Shown here: positions 1-11,071 of the stretch, in pieces
Numbering within the stretch: the first letter of the stretch is position 1
Layout: each line of letters begins with the position of its first letter
From: Candidatus Entotheonellaceae bacterium
Lineage (GTDB): Bacteria > Tectomicrobia > Entotheonellia > Entotheonellales > Entotheonellaceae
DNA length: 64,000 nucleotides
Direction of reading: 5' to 3'
NCBI GenBank assembly: GCA_965238075.1
Contig: OZ250173.1
Span: forward strand, 1,760,001 to 1,824,000
The notes under the pieces: model-generated
What the model saw: the letters and a program-made list of their open reading frames with translations, nothing else
What the model was told of the DNA's origin: nothing
Database searches by the model: none
Position numbers and translations under genes: made by a program

Positions 1-1110
1 GTATTGACGGATCTGCGGCAAAACGACGGTGCCACCAGCCTCCCCCTACGCCAACGATTGGCCCTGGAGACGTTTCAGCGCACAGCCGCCTACGATGCCG
101 CCATCGGCACCTATCTACACGCTGCCGGCCATGAGCAAGCCGACGCGACCTCCTTCGCCCAGCAGGAAACCCTGGTTCTGCGTCGGGAACGCGCCCTGCG
201 CTACGGGGAAAATCCGCATCAGGGTGCGGCGTTGTACGCATCCGTGCCGGCCGTACGCCCGAACCTGATACAGGCTCAACAACTGCACGGCAAGGAACTG
301 TCGTTCAACAATCTCGCGGACGCCGATGCTGCGCTGGCGGCCGTGCAGGAATTCGAAGAGCTGGCGGTGGTCATCCTGAAGCACCAGACGCCGTGCGGCA
401 TTGCCGTAGCGCCCACGGCCGCCGAGGCGTACGAGCGAGCCTATGCCACCGACCCGGACTCCGCCTCGGGCGGCGTCATCAGCTGCAATCGGGAAGTGGA
501 CGCCGCCATGGCCGAGGCAATCGGAGACCGGTTCCTGGAAGTCCTGCTGGCCCCTTCGTTCCACCCGGAGGCCTTGGCGTTGTTGACCCGGAGGCGAAAC
601 CGCATCCTGCTAGCCTGGGGTATGGACGCCGATACAGCGAGCAACCAAAGGCCCCGGCGCCAGTGGCGCAGCATCGCCGGCGGCGCACTGGTGCAGGACG
701 TTGACCAAGCCCTCCTGACCCCCGAAGATCTGCGCATCGTCACGGAACGTCAACCCACCCCGGCGCAAATGCAAGCAATTCTGTTTGCCTGGAAGGTCGT
801 CAAGCACGTCAAATCCAACGCCGTCGTTCTGGTGCGCGACACGCAGACGGTCGGCATCGGCTCCGGGCAGATGAGCCGCGCGGACGCCAGTCGCATGGCC
901 CTGATGAAGACCCGCAGCAACACGAAAGGGTGTGTGGCGGCGTCGGACGCCTTTTTCCCCTTCCGCGACGGTGTGGACCTCATCGCCGAGGCGGGGGTCG
1001 AGGCCGTCATCCAGCCGGGCGGCTCCGTGCGGGACAAGGAAACCATCGCCGCGGCCAACGAGCACGGCATCGTCATGGCGTTCTCCGGCGTGCGGGCGTT
1101 CAGACACTAA
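1..1110 (+). CDS. purH: Bifunctional AICAR transformylase/IMP cyclohydrolase, 5'-truncated by the window edge
   Basis: Motifs [43 protein letters not shown] and terminal RAFRH; lies upstream of purD. Confidence 0.97.
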   Translation, partial: VLTDLRQNDGATSLPLRQRLALETFQRTAAYDAAIGTYLHAAGHEQADATSFAQQETLVLRRERALRYGENPHQGAALYASVPAVRPNLIQAQQLHGKELSFNNLADADAALAAVQEFEELAVVILKHQTPCGIAVAPTAAEAYERAYATDPDSASGGVISCNREVDAAMAEAIGDRFLEVLLAPSFHPEALALLTRRRNRILLAWGMDADTASNQRPRRQWRSIAGGALVQDVDQALLTPEDLRIVTERQPTPAQMQAILFAWKVVKHVKSNAVVLVRDTQTVGIGSGQMSRADASRMALMKTRSNTKGCVAASDAFFPFRDGVDLIAEAGVEAVIQPGGSVRDKETIAAANEHGIVMAFSGVRAFRH

Positions 1111-1134
1111 CCCAGCGAAGCGAGGCATGTCACC

Positions 1135-2421
1135 GTGAAGGTCCTTGTGGTAGGCAGCGGCGGCCGCGAGCACGCCCTGACGTGGAAGCTGGCCCAGAGC
1201 CCCCACTTAGACGCCCTCTACTGCGCCCCCGGAAACCCCGGCACCCGCACCCTGGCCCGTAACGTCGCCATCGCGGCCGACGACGTCGCAGCACTGCGGC
1301 GCTTCGCCCGGGAAGAACAGATCGACTTGACCGTCGTCGGCCCGGAAGCCCCGCTGGCCTTGGGGATCACCGACGCTTTCGAGGCCGAGGGTCTGCGGGT
1401 ATCCGGCCCCACGCAAGCCGCCGCCCAGCTCGAATCCAGCAAGATATTCGCCAAGCAGTTCATGCTGGAAGTCGGTGTTCCCACCGCCGATGCGGTCACC
1501 TTTGACAACCTCGCCGCCGCCGAATCCCACATCCGCCACCACGCCGGGCCGCTGGTCGTCAAGGCCGACGGCTTGGCCGCGGGGAAGGGCGTCACCGTCT
1601 GTCAGAACCAGGCCGAGGCGCTCCAGGCCGTACGGCAGACCATGCAGGAACGGATATTCGGCGACGCTGGCCGCCGCGTCGTTTTGGAAGAGTTCCTGGA
1701 TGGCGAGGAGGCTTCGTTTCACGTCCTGGTGGACGGGCAGAACGTCGTGCCGCTGGCCACCTCGCAGGATCACAAACGCGCGTACGACGGCGATCAAGGC
1801 CCCAATACCGGCGGCATGGGCGCTTACGCTCCCGCGCCCGTTATCAGCGAGGCCCTGCAGCAGCGGGTTCTCAGCGACATCGTCATGCCGACGGTCGGCG
1901 GCATGGCGGCGCGCAGCATGCCGTACCGCGGCGTTCTTTACGTCGGCTTAATGATTGTGGAAGACCGCCCTTACGTTATAGAATTCAACGCACGCTTTGG
2001 CGATCCCGAGACACAAGCCCTGCTCATGCTGCTCGACGATGACCTCCTGCCGCTGCTTGACGGTGCGGCACGCGGGCAACTGGGCGACGCGCGGGTGCAA
2101 TCCGTGCCCGCCGCCGCCGTGTGCGTCGTCATGGCAGCGGAGGGCTATCCGGGTGCGTATTCCCGCGGCATGCCGATCACCGGCATCGAAGCCGCCGCGG
2201 ATCAGCCGAATGCGTGGGTCTTTCATGCCGGCACGGACGAGCGGGCCGGGCACCTGGTAACCAACGGTGGCCGCGTGCTCGGCGTCACCGCGCGGGCGGG
2301 CGGCATTGCCGAGGCGATTGCCGAGGCGTACCGGGCGGTCGAATGCATTCAGTGGCCGGGCAGACAGTTCCGGCGTGACATAGGGCGGCGGGCGCTGCAG
2401 CACGTTGCATCCGCCAAGTGA
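1135..2421 (+). CDS. purD: Phosphoribosylamine-glycine ligase
   Basis: VVGSGGREHAL, VKADGLAAGKGV, QDHKR, GPNTGGMGAY, EFNARFGDPE. Confidence 0.98.
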   Translation: MKVLVVGSGGREHALTWKLAQSPHLDALYCAPGNPGTRTLARNVAIAADDVAALRRFAREEQIDLTVVGPEAPLALGITDAFEAEGLRVSGPTQAAAQLESSKIFAKQFMLEVGVPTADAVTFDNLAAAESHIRHHAGPLVVKADGLAAGKGVTVCQNQAEALQAVRQTMQERIFGDAGRRVVLEEFLDGEEASFHVLVDGQNVVPLATSQDHKRAYDGDQGPNTGGMGAYAPAPVISEALQQRVLSDIVMPTVGGMAARSMPYRGVLYVGLMIVEDRPYVIEFNARFGDPETQALLMLLDDDLLPLLDGAARGQLGDARVQSVPAAAVCVVMAAEGYPGAYSRGMPITGIEAAADQPNAWVFHAGTDERAGHLVTNGGRVLGVTARAGGIAEAIAEAYRAVECIQWPGRQFRRDIGRRALQHVASAK

Positions 2422-2814
<393 letters not shown>

Positions 2815-2882
2815 ATCTTCCAGGGATGAGTCGTTCCGTGTAAGGGCATGCCGTCTGAGCCTCGGGCACCGTTCTGACGTGG

Positions 2883-4025
2883 ATGAGCATGAGAAAATCC
2901 CGATTACGACTCTGCATATTCCTGCTCTTATCCGTGGTTGTCCACGCTCACCTGCCGTTGCTGTGGCGTTTCCTGCCATCGCATAATCCGCCGTCGGCTC
3001 CCGTGGCTGTCCGCTTTGTGGAGATGCCTACGCCTGCCGCTGCGCCCGAGCCTGTCCAAACGCCGCCCGAACAATCGAACCCGCAACCGACCCCGGAAAA
3101 ACGGCCCGAACCCGCTTCCGTACCGCCCCGGCAGGGCGGTCTGGTCGTCGATCTCCCCGAGCCGGTACGCCAGGAGCGGTCCGCTGAAGCGCGGATTGTG
3201 TCGCGCTACGACAGCACGGCGCAGGACGTCGGGCCCGGAGAGGGCGGTACGAAAAGACCCTCGGGACCAAATCCCCCCGACATGCCGCCGGAGCTAAACC
3301 TCCCAGAGCGCTACAGCGTGCAGGGCGCCACCCGGCCCCGTGACCTACCGGCGCCATCACAGCCGCCTGCGCCCCCCACTACCGTTGCACGGTTGGTGCC
3401 GCCGACTTCCCGGCAACCCGTCATGCCCAAGTCCGTGGAAACCCCCAAACCGACTTCCGAGCAGCCGCGTCCTTTGATCGTGAAGCCAATGCTGCAAGAT
3501 CCTCGCTACCAGATGACCCTTCAGGAAGAGCTTGAGATGCTGCGGCGTCAGCAGGAGGCCGCAGGCATGACGGAGCAGGACGTGCAGCGGGCTATCGGCG
3601 AGCACCTGGCACTTCTGGACGAGCACCGCCGTCTGTCCGGTTTCGACGCACCGGGCGTTTACGAGGCGGGCCCGGAGCAACCCGGCGAAGGCGGGGACAC
3701 CCCCGGCGAGGGCGGCAAGTTCCGCTCCATCGCGTCGTTCGGCCTCAAGCATGTGTCGTACCTGCTCGTCATGCAGCGCCAGATCGAGCTGATGTTCAGC
3801 ATCCCGTACCTGGTCCCGGACCGCCCTGTCGGCGTGCCGATCGTCGGCTTCACCGTGCAGCGCAGCGGCGAGTTGAGCGAGAGCATCCTGCTGCGCTCAT
3901 CGGGCTACACGGAGATCGACCAGGCACTGCTCAAAGCGGTGCGGGGTGCGGCGCCCTATCGCCCGTTTCCCGATCACCTGATCGACCCGGCTATCAGCAT
4001 ACGGGTTTTCGCACGCGCGTCTTGA
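2883..4025 (+). CDS. TonB/TolA-like energy transducer (N-terminal TM, Pro-rich linker, TonB C-terminal domain)
   Basis: SVVVH TM motif, long Pro-rich region, C-terminal FTVQRSGEL..LLRSSG..IDQALLKAVRGAAPY. Confidence 0.75.
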   Translation: MSMRKSRLRLCIFLLLSVVVHAHLPLLWRFLPSHNPPSAPVAVRFVEMPTPAAAPEPVQTPPEQSNPQPTPEKRPEPASVPPRQGGLVVDLPEPVRQERSAEARIVSRYDSTAQDVGPGEGGTKRPSGPNPPDMPPELNLPERYSVQGATRPRDLPAPSQPPAPPTTVARLVPPTSRQPVMPKSVETPKPTSEQPRPLIVKPMLQDPRYQMTLQEELEMLRRQQEAAGMTEQDVQRAIGEHLALLDEHRRLSGFDAPGVYEAGPEQPGEGGDTPGEGGKFRSIASFGLKHVSYLLVMQRQIELMFSIPYLVPDRPVGVPIVGFTVQRSGELSESILLRSSGYTEIDQALLKAVRGAAPYRPFPDHLIDPAISIRVFARAS

Positions 4026-4042
4026 CGGGGGGGACGGAAATT

Positions 4043-5563
4043 ATGACAGAACGATACATTCTGGCCCTCGATCAGGGCACCAGCAGTTCGCGCGCCCTGC
4101 TGTTCGACCGCAGCGGTGGCGTCCTGCATCAGGCGCAACAAGCTCTCGCGTCGCACTTTCCGCAGCCGGGTTGGGTTGAACAGGACCCGACCGCGCTGTG
4201 GCAATCGCAACTTGGCGCGGCGCGGCAGGTGCTGCAAGAGGCCAGCGTGTCCACCGCTCAAATCGCTGCCCTCGGACTCACCAATCAGCGCGAAACCACC
4301 CTCATCTGGGACCGCCGCAGCGGCGAGCCGATAGCCCCCGCCATCGTCTGGCAATGCCGCCGCACCGCGCCGCTCGTCGAGGCGCTGCGTGCACAGGGCT
4401 ACGAGGCGGACATCCGGCAGCGCACCGGCTTGGTGCTGGACGCCTATTTCTCCGCCACCAAGGTTCGTTGGCTGCTCGACCACGCGCCCGGAGCGCGCCG
4501 GCTCGCCAGGCAAGGGCAGTTGGCATTCGGAACCGTCGATGCCTGGCTGCTCTACCAGCTGAGCGGCGGCCGGCTGCACTACACCGACGCTTCCAATGCC
4601 TCCCGAACGATGCTATACAACATCCACACCTGCGAGTGGGACGACGACATTCTGCGCGCCCTGGACATCCCGGCGAGCCTGCTGCCCGAGGTGCGGGATT
4701 CCAGCGGCGATTTCGGCGCTACCACCGCGACCTGTTTCGACGGCGCCGCGGTGCCCATCGGCGGCGTCATCGGCGATCAGCAAGGCGCCCTCTTCGGGCA
4801 GGCGTGCTTCGCTCCCGGCATGGTCAAGAACACCTACGGAACCGGCTCGTTCGTACTGATGCACAACGGCGACCGCCCCGGACCCGTCCATGAGGGCCTG
4901 CTGACGACCATCGCTTGGCGTATCGGCGGGCGCACCAGTTACGCCCTGGAGGGCAGCATCTTCATGACAGGCGCCACGATGCAATGGCTGCGGGACGAGC
5001 TGCAGATCATCGACAGCGCGGCAGAGAGCGAAACCCTGGCCGCCAGCGTGCCGGACACCGGCGGCGTCTATCTCGTGCCGGCCTTCACCGGCCTGGGGGC
5101 GCCGCACTGGGACATGTACGCGCGCGGTCTTCTGGTCGGCCTGACGCGCGGCACGAAGAAAGCGCATGTCGTCCGCGCCGCCCTGGAGGCCATGGCGTAC
5201 CAAACGCGCGACGTCATCGACTGCATGGCGGCTGCCGTGAGCGTGTCTACTTTGCGCGTTGATGGCGGCGCGGCGGTGAACGATCTGGCCATGCAGTTTC
5301 AGAGCGACGTCCTGCAGATTCCCGTGCAGCGCCCGCGAATGGTTGAAACCACCGCCTGGGGCGCCGCCTGCCTGGCTGGTCTGGCCGTCGGGTATTGGCG
5401 GGACCAGGACGAATTGACGGCGTGCTGGCACGCAGAGCGCGAATTCACACCCCGCATGCCTGCGGCCCGCAGCGAAGCGTTGTACGGCGGCTGGCAGGAG
5501 GCCGTGCGTCGCGCCGGTGGTTGGACAACGGCGATCCCCGGCAAAGCGGACCAGGAGGCATGA
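4043..5563 (+). CDS. glpK: Glycerol kinase
   Basis: LALDQGTSSSR, TNQRET, VWQCRRT, GDQQGALFGQ, KNTYGTG, LRVDGGA. Confidence 0.97.
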   Translation: MTERYILALDQGTSSSRALLFDRSGGVLHQAQQALASHFPQPGWVEQDPTALWQSQLGAARQVLQEASVSTAQIAALGLTNQRETTLIWDRRSGEPIAPAIVWQCRRTAPLVEALRAQGYEADIRQRTGLVLDAYFSATKVRWLLDHAPGARRLARQGQLAFGTVDAWLLYQLSGGRLHYTDASNASRTMLYNIHTCEWDDDILRALDIPASLLPEVRDSSGDFGATTATCFDGAAVPIGGVIGDQQGALFGQACFAPGMVKNTYGTGSFVLMHNGDRPGPVHEGLLTTIAWRIGGRTSYALEGSIFMTGATMQWLRDELQIIDSAAESETLAASVPDTGGVYLVPAFTGLGAPHWDMYARGLLVGLTRGTKKAHVVRAALEAMAYQTRDVIDCMAAAVSVSTLRVDGGAAVNDLAMQFQSDVLQIPVQRPRMVETTAWGAACLAGLAVGYWRDQDELTACWHAEREFTPRMPAARSEALYGGWQEAVRRAGGWTTAIPGKADQEA

Positions 5564-5564
5564 C

Positions 5565-6593
5565 GTGAAACAGCGGGTTAAGCAGAAACGCGTGGCGGTG
5601 ATCGGCGCCGGTTCCTGGGGCACGGCGCTGGCCAATCACCTCGCCGAGCGCAGCCACCCGGTAACGCTGTGGGCACGCGATGAGCAACTGGCCCGCCGTC
5701 TGGAAAGCGAGCGGGAAAACGCCCCGTATCTGCCCGGCGTCGCGCTGCCGCCGCGCGTCACACCGACTAGCAATGTCAAGACAGCCGCCCACGGGGCCGA
5801 TGTTTTCATCTCCGCGCTGCCGTCACACGCGGTGCGTACTGTCTGGCGGCTGATGGCGCCACTATTGCCCGAGGCCACCACGCTGGTAAGCGCCACCAAG
5901 GGCATCGAGGCCGGCTCGCTGCTCACCATGTCGCAGGTCTTGCAGGACACGCTGCCTGCCGACAAGTCCATTGCCGTGGCCGTGTTGTCCGGCCCGTCCT
6001 TCGCTCACGAAGTCAGCAACAAGGCGCCCACCGCCGTGGTGGCCGCCGCCCACGACCGCCGCTTGGCCGAAGCGGTGCAGCGAATGTTCAGCACGTCGGC
6101 GTTTCGGGTCTACGCCAGCACCGACGTGGTTGGCGTCGAGCTCGGCGGCGCCCTGAAGAACGTCATGGCGCTGGCAGCCGGCGTGTGCGACGGACTGAAG
6201 CTCGGCGCCAACACCCGCGCCGCCCTCATCACCCGCAGCCTGGCCGAGATGACGCAACTCGGTGTCGCCATGGGCGCCCGCGCGCAGACCTTTGCCGGTC
6301 TCTCCGGCCTCGGCGATCTGGTCCTGACCTGTACCGGCCGGCGCAGCCGCAACTACAGCGTTGGCGTGCAGCTTGGAGAGGGCAGAAAACTGCCCGCCAT
6401 TCTATCGGACATGCGAATGGTAGCGGAAGGGGTGACCACCGCCGGCTGCGTGGTGGCGCTGGCCGCTCGCCATGGCGTGGAAATGCCGATCGCGGAGAAG
6501 GTCAACGTCCTCCTGCAAGGACACATCTCACCCCACGAGGCGGTGATGGAACTGATGACGCGCACCCTGAAGCACGAGGAACCGATGCCGTGA
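5565..6593 (+). CDS. gpsA: NAD(P)H-dependent glycerol-3-phosphate dehydrogenase
   Basis: GAGSWGTALA, SATKGIE, LSGPSFA, GGALKNV, GLGDLVLTC..SRN; GTG start inferred. Confidence 0.96.
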   Translation: MKQRVKQKRVAVIGAGSWGTALANHLAERSHPVTLWARDEQLARRLESERENAPYLPGVALPPRVTPTSNVKTAAHGADVFISALPSHAVRTVWRLMAPLLPEATTLVSATKGIEAGSLLTMSQVLQDTLPADKSIAVAVLSGPSFAHEVSNKAPTAVVAAAHDRRLAEAVQRMFSTSAFRVYASTDVVGVELGGALKNVMALAAGVCDGLKLGANTRAALITRSLAEMTQLGVAMGARAQTFAGLSGLGDLVLTCTGRRSRNYSVGVQLGEGRKLPAILSDMRMVAEGVTTAGCVVALAARHGVEMPIAEKVNVLLQGHISPHEAVMELMTRTLKHEEPMP

Positions 6594-7363
6594 ACCGCGA
6601 ACAACTGGCCGATCTACTGCACCGCATCGCCGCTGGAAGCACCACGCCCGAAGAGGGGCTTACCCAGCTGCGCTTCCTGCCATACGAGGACTTGGGGTTT
6701 GCGCACGTCGACCACCACCGCAGCCTGCGGCAGGGCATCCCGGAGGTCATCTATGGGGCCGGCAAAACCGTGGACCAGATCACGGCCATCGCCGAGCGCA
6801 TCCTCAATCAGAACAGCGATCTGCTCGCCACCCGAGTGTCCCCGGAGGCCGCCGAAGCCCTCCTCGCTCTGGATTCGCGCGCCGAATATAACACCATCGC
6901 GCGCACCATGGTGGTACGGCACGAACCCGGCAAGGCGACGGAGGGGATGGTTCTGGTCGCCGCCGCCGGCACGTCCGATCTGCCCGTCGCCGAGGAAGCT
7001 GCGGTCACTGCTCGCGCTTTGGGAAGCACCGTGCAGACGGCGTATGACGTGGGCGTGGCGGGACTGCATCGCCTCTTGGCAAAGCGGGATCTGCTGGTGT
7101 CGGCCAGGGTGATCGTGGTTGTCGCGGGCATGGAGGGCGCGTTGCCCAGCGTGGTGGGCGGCCTGGTAGACAAGCCCGTCATCGCCGTGCCTACCAGCGT
7201 CGGGTACGGCGCACATTTTCAGGGGTTGGCGCCGCTGCTGGCCATGCTCAACAGCTGCGCGTCCGGGGTGGCCGTGGTGAACATCGACAACGGCTTTGGG
7301 GCCGGTTACATGGCCCACACGATCAATCTGATCGGGGAAAGGCCGCCGCACGACGCCGCGTGA
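6590..7363 (+). CDS. larB: Nickel-pincer cofactor biosynthesis protein LarB
   Basis: DHHRSLRQGIPEV, AGTSDLPVAEEA, AGMEGALPSV, PTSVGYG, VVNIDNGFGA; GTGA overlap with gpsA. Confidence 0.93.
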   Translation: MNREQLADLLHRIAAGSTTPEEGLTQLRFLPYEDLGFAHVDHHRSLRQGIPEVIYGAGKTVDQITAIAERILNQNSDLLATRVSPEAAEALLALDSRAEYNTIARTMVVRHEPGKATEGMVLVAAAGTSDLPVAEEAAVTARALGSTVQTAYDVGVAGLHRLLAKRDLLVSARVIVVVAGMEGALPSVVGGLVDKPVIAVPTSVGYGAHFQGLAPLLAMLNSCASGVAVVNIDNGFGAGYMAHTINLIGERPPHDAA

Positions 7364-7371
7364 GGGCAAGC

Positions 7372-8523
7372 ATGCGTATCGCTCATGTACACGGTCACGA
7401 CGGCGTCAACGCCCCCTTGCTGCTGGGCGCGTGCCTGGACGCCGGTGCCTCACTCGCAGCTATCGAGTCGGGGTGGCAGTCGCTGGGGCTGCCCGTGGCG
7501 CAATTATTTGCGGCGCGGGTGACCTTCCCGCATGGCGCTGCCACTCGGATCGATTTCACGCCCGACCAGACCGCCGATTTCCTTCACCAGCAATCCATGG
7601 CGGCCTTGCTCGCCCGCATCGACGGCAGCGGGCTTGTCGACAAGGCCAAGCAGCGTCTGTCGAATCTGCTGAGCCGATACGCCGCCGCCGTTGACCGCGT
7701 GTACGGGAACGAAGCAACCGTGCGCTCCGAGCACCTGCCTGAAATCGTCTATCTCGGCAGTGGCGTGATCCTGGCGCTGGAAGAACTGGACGTCGATGAA
7801 GTCGTTGCGGCGCCCCTGCCGCTCGGCGGCCAATGGGAGGGGGCGCCCCTGCACCCGCTGACCGCCGAACTCTGCCGGGGCGCATCCGTTCAGGGTCAGC
7901 AACAACCCGGGAAGCCGACAACCGTCGGCGGTGCCGCCATCCTCACCGCCATCAGCAGCCGTTATGGGCCGTTGCCTGCCATGACTCTCGCGGCCACCGG
8001 CTACGGGGCGCAGGACAACGCCTCGGAGGCCCCACAGCTACAAATTATGCTGGGCGACCGGGAAGGACAGGGAGACGCCGAATGGATCGCCATCATTGAG
8101 ACCCATATCGACGACATGAACCCGGAGTTTTATGAGGCCGTCTTCGAGTGCCTCTTTGCCCACGGCGCCCTGGACGTTACGCTGACGCCGCTGTTCATGA
8201 AGAAAAACCGGCCCGCCAACAAGCTGACGGTCTTGTCGCCCCTCCCGCGCGTCAACGACCTCTCGCATCTCATTTTGCAGCACACGTCGAGCTTTGGCGT
8301 ACGGGTGCACGAAGCGTGGCGCCACAAGCTGGAGCGTTTTCACCGTCAGGTCGACACCCGATACGGCCCTATCGCCGTAAAGTGCGGCACCCTGGACGGC
8401 CGTATCGTGCAAGCGGCGCCGGAATACGACGCCTGCAAGCGCGCGGCGCGGGAGTACGGCGTTCCGGTACGCCTGGTGTATGCCGAAGCGGCCCGTTTGG
8501 CGGCGTCCTGGCTGACCCTCTGA
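7372..8523 (+). CDS. larC: LarC-family nickel insertion protein with degenerate N-terminal domain
   Basis: C-terminal ETHIDDMNPE, MKKNRP and PEYDAC are conserved; adjacent to larB. Confidence 0.8.
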   Translation: MRIAHVHGHDGVNAPLLLGACLDAGASLAAIESGWQSLGLPVAQLFAARVTFPHGAATRIDFTPDQTADFLHQQSMAALLARIDGSGLVDKAKQRLSNLLSRYAAAVDRVYGNEATVRSEHLPEIVYLGSGVILALEELDVDEVVAAPLPLGGQWEGAPLHPLTAELCRGASVQGQQQPGKPTTVGGAAILTAISSRYGPLPAMTLAATGYGAQDNASEAPQLQIMLGDREGQGDAEWIAIIETHIDDMNPEFYEAVFECLFAHGALDVTLTPLFMKKNRPANKLTVLSPLPRVNDLSHLILQHTSSFGVRVHEAWRHKLERFHRQVDTRYGPIAVKCGTLDGRIVQAAPEYDACKRAAREYGVPVRLVYAEAARLAASWLTL

Positions 8524-8645
8524 AGGACCTCCAGCTTGAGACGGGCGTTAGCCGTCGCGGCGCCGAACGGTTTGCAGCACCGGCCGAAACGCACTATGCT
8601 GACAACATTCCATCCCACAAAATCACGCCACATTGGAGAACACAC

Positions 8646-9353
8646 ATGGAGCGCGATATCGTTGCCGTGTTCGGCGCCCACCCTGATGACCTGGATTGGG
8701 CCGCCGGCGGCACCGCAGCCGTCTGGGCGAAGCAAGGCAAGGAAGTGTATTACGTACTGACCACCAGCGGCGAGAGCGGCGAGGATCACATCGGCAAACG
8801 GAAGTTGCCACGGGCGGAAATGGCCGACATCCGCGAAGCCGAACAGCGCATCGCCGCCGGCGTTCTGGGCATCAAGGAGGTCGTTTTCCTCGGCCGCCGC
8901 GACGGACGGCTGGAGCCCAACCTGCAACTGCGCGACTGCCTCGTCAACGTGCTGCGGCGCCTGAGGCCGGACATCGTCATCAGTCTGGAGCCGACCCAAG
9001 GGGCATTCGACAACTTCTACCTGTACCACCCCGACCACCGCGCCACCGCCATCGCCCTGTACGACGCCATCTACCCCGCCGCCGGTACCGCCACCTACGT
9101 TCCCGAGCCCGATGCCGGACTGCCGCCGCACCGGGTGCGCGAGGTCTATTTCAGCGGCGCCGCCAACCCCGACACATACGTGGACATCACGGACGCCATT
9201 GACCTCAAGGTGCAGGCGCTGACCAGCCACCGCAGCCAGATCACCGACCCCGAGCGGATCGCCGGCTTCGTGCGCGAGTGGGCCGCCAAACACGGCGCCG
9301 AAGCCGGCAGCGCCTACGCCGAGGCGTTTCGCCGCCTCGAGGTGCCGCAGTGA
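8646..9353 (+). CDS. PIG-L/LmbE family deacetylase
   Basis: AHPDD, TSGE.G, REAEQ, HPDH, HRSQ, YAEAF motifs. Confidence 0.9.
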   Translation: MERDIVAVFGAHPDDLDWAAGGTAAVWAKQGKEVYYVLTTSGESGEDHIGKRKLPRAEMADIREAEQRIAAGVLGIKEVVFLGRRDGRLEPNLQLRDCLVNVLRRLRPDIVISLEPTQGAFDNFYLYHPDHRATAIALYDAIYPAAGTATYVPEPDAGLPPHRVREVYFSGAANPDTYVDITDAIDLKVQALTSHRSQITDPERIAGFVREWAAKHGAEAGSAYAEAFRRLEVPQ

Positions 9354-9389
9354 GGCGCGCGGGCCGTCGTTGGCGGGGTGATCGGGTGC

Positions 9390-9448
9390 GTCAGTTGTCA
9401 GTTTGTTGGTTTTCACTCTTCACTAACCACTAACCACTGGCCACTGAC
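9390..9448. repeat. Inverted heptamer tandem-repeat array
   Basis: GTCAGTT x2, then CACTCTT-CACTAAC-CACTAAC-CACTGGC-CACTGAC; ends 1 nt before the next ATG. Confidence 0.8.
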
Positions 9449-9449
9449 A

Positions 9450-11060
9450 ATGGACATCCTGCAGTCGCGTATCGACACGGACAGCCACGAGTTCAAGCGC
9501 AACATGGCGCACAATCTGGAGCAGGCCGAGCGTCTGCGGGAGGCGCTTCGCCGGGTGCGTGAAGGCGGTGGGGAGCGGGCAGTCACCCTGCATCGGCAGC
9601 GCGGCAAGTGGCTGGTACGCGAGCGCATTGAGGCCCTGCTCGACCCCGGCGCCCCGTTTCTGGAACTCTCCCCCCTGGCCGCCCACGACGTGTACGACCG
9701 CGCCGCCCCCGGCGCCGGCATTGTCACAGGCCTCGGCACCGTACACGGTGCCGAGGTGATGATCATCGCCAACGACGCCACCGTGAAGGGCGGTACCTAC
9801 TTTCCCCTCACCGTCAAGAAGCACCTGCGGGCGCAAGAGGTGGCGCGCGACAACCGCCTGCCGTGCATCTATCTCGTCGACTCCGGCGGCGCCTTCCTGC
9901 CCCTGCAGGCCGAGGTGTTTCCCGACCGCGAGCACTTCGGGCGCATCTTTTACAACCAAGCCACCATGTCGGCTGCCGGCATCCCGCAGATCGCCGTTGT
10001 CATGGGCTCCTGCACGGCGGGCGGCGCCTACGTGCCCGCCATGTCCGACGAGACGGTCATCGTGCGCAACCAAGGCACGATATTCCTCGCCGGGCCGCCG
10101 CTGGTGAAGGCGTCGACCGGCGAGGACGTCAGCGCCGAGGAACTTGGCGGCGGCCTGATGCACGCCAGCCGCTCCGGGGTCACCGATCACCTGGCCGACG
10201 ACGACGCGCACGCCCTGGAAATCTGCCGCAGCATCGTCGAGAACCTCAACGACACCCGCCGTCCGGTATGCAGCGTCGAACCGCCCGAGGAGCCGCTCTA
10301 CGACCCGCGCGAGTGCTATGGCATCCTGCCGCCGACGCCGCGCCAGCCCTACGACGTGCGAGAAATCATCACCCGCCTAGTAGACGGCTCGCGCTTTCAC
10401 GAGTTCAAGCCGCTGTACGGTACCACCCTGGTGTGCGGCTTTGCCCGCCTGGAGGGCTATCCGGTCGGCATCCTGGCCAACAACGGCGTGCTGTTTTCCG
10501 ACTCGTCCCTCAAGGGTACGCACTTCATCGAGTTGTGCGACCAGCGGGGAATTCCGCTCCTGTTCCTGCAAAACATCGCCGGATTCATGGTGGGGGTGCA
10601 GGCCGAAAGCGCCGGCATCGCCAAGGACGGCGCCAAGATGGTCATGGCCGTGGCCAACACCCAGGTGCCGCGCTTCACCCTGATCATCGGCGGCTCGTTC
10701 GGGGCCGGCAACTATGGCATGTGCGGACGCGCCTACAGCCCGAGGCTGCTGTTCTCGTGGCCGAGCGCGCGTATCTCCGTGATGGGCGGCGAGCAGGCGG
10801 CGGGCGTGCTGCTGACGGTGAAGCAGGAGCAATTGCGCAAGCGCGGCGAACCCGAGCTCGACGCGGCGGCGCAGGCGGCCTTCAAGCAGCCCATCCTCGA
10901 CACCTACGAGCACGAGGGCTCGCCCTACTACGCCACCGCGCGGCTGTGGGACGACGGCATTCTCGACCCGCTGGAAACCCGCCGCGTGCTGGGCCTGTCG
11001 ATCGCCATGGCCATGAAGCAGCCCATCGAGTCCCCGCGCTACGGTATCTTCCGCATGTGA
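9450..11060 (+). CDS. 3-methylcrotonyl-CoA-carboxylase-like carboxyltransferase (beta) subunit
   Basis: [46 protein letters not shown], terminal GIFRM. Confidence 0.92.
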   Translation: MDILQSRIDTDSHEFKRNMAHNLEQAERLREALRRVREGGGERAVTLHRQRGKWLVRERIEALLDPGAPFLELSPLAAHDVYDRAAPGAGIVTGLGTVHGAEVMIIANDATVKGGTYFPLTVKKHLRAQEVARDNRLPCIYLVDSGGAFLPLQAEVFPDREHFGRIFYNQATMSAAGIPQIAVVMGSCTAGGAYVPAMSDETVIVRNQGTIFLAGPPLVKASTGEDVSAEELGGGLMHASRSGVTDHLADDDAHALEICRSIVENLNDTRRPVCSVEPPEEPLYDPRECYGILPPTPRQPYDVREIITRLVDGSRFHEFKPLYGTTLVCGFARLEGYPVGILANNGVLFSDSSLKGTHFIELCDQRGIPLLFLQNIAGFMVGVQAESAGIAKDGAKMVMAVANTQVPRFTLIIGGSFGAGNYGMCGRAYSPRLLFSWPSARISVMGGEQAAGVLLTVKQEQLRKRGEPELDAAAQAAFKQPILDTYEHEGSPYYATARLWDDGILDPLETRRVLGLSIAMAMKQPIESPRYGIFRM

Positions 11061-11071
11061 GGCAACGGCCT

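Noticed and set aside
9863..11071. N-terminal 400 aa of the 908-aa ORF as a fusion domain
   Set aside because: Arg/Pro/Gly-rich off-frame read-through overlapping the beta-subunit gene; the real start is ATG 11072.
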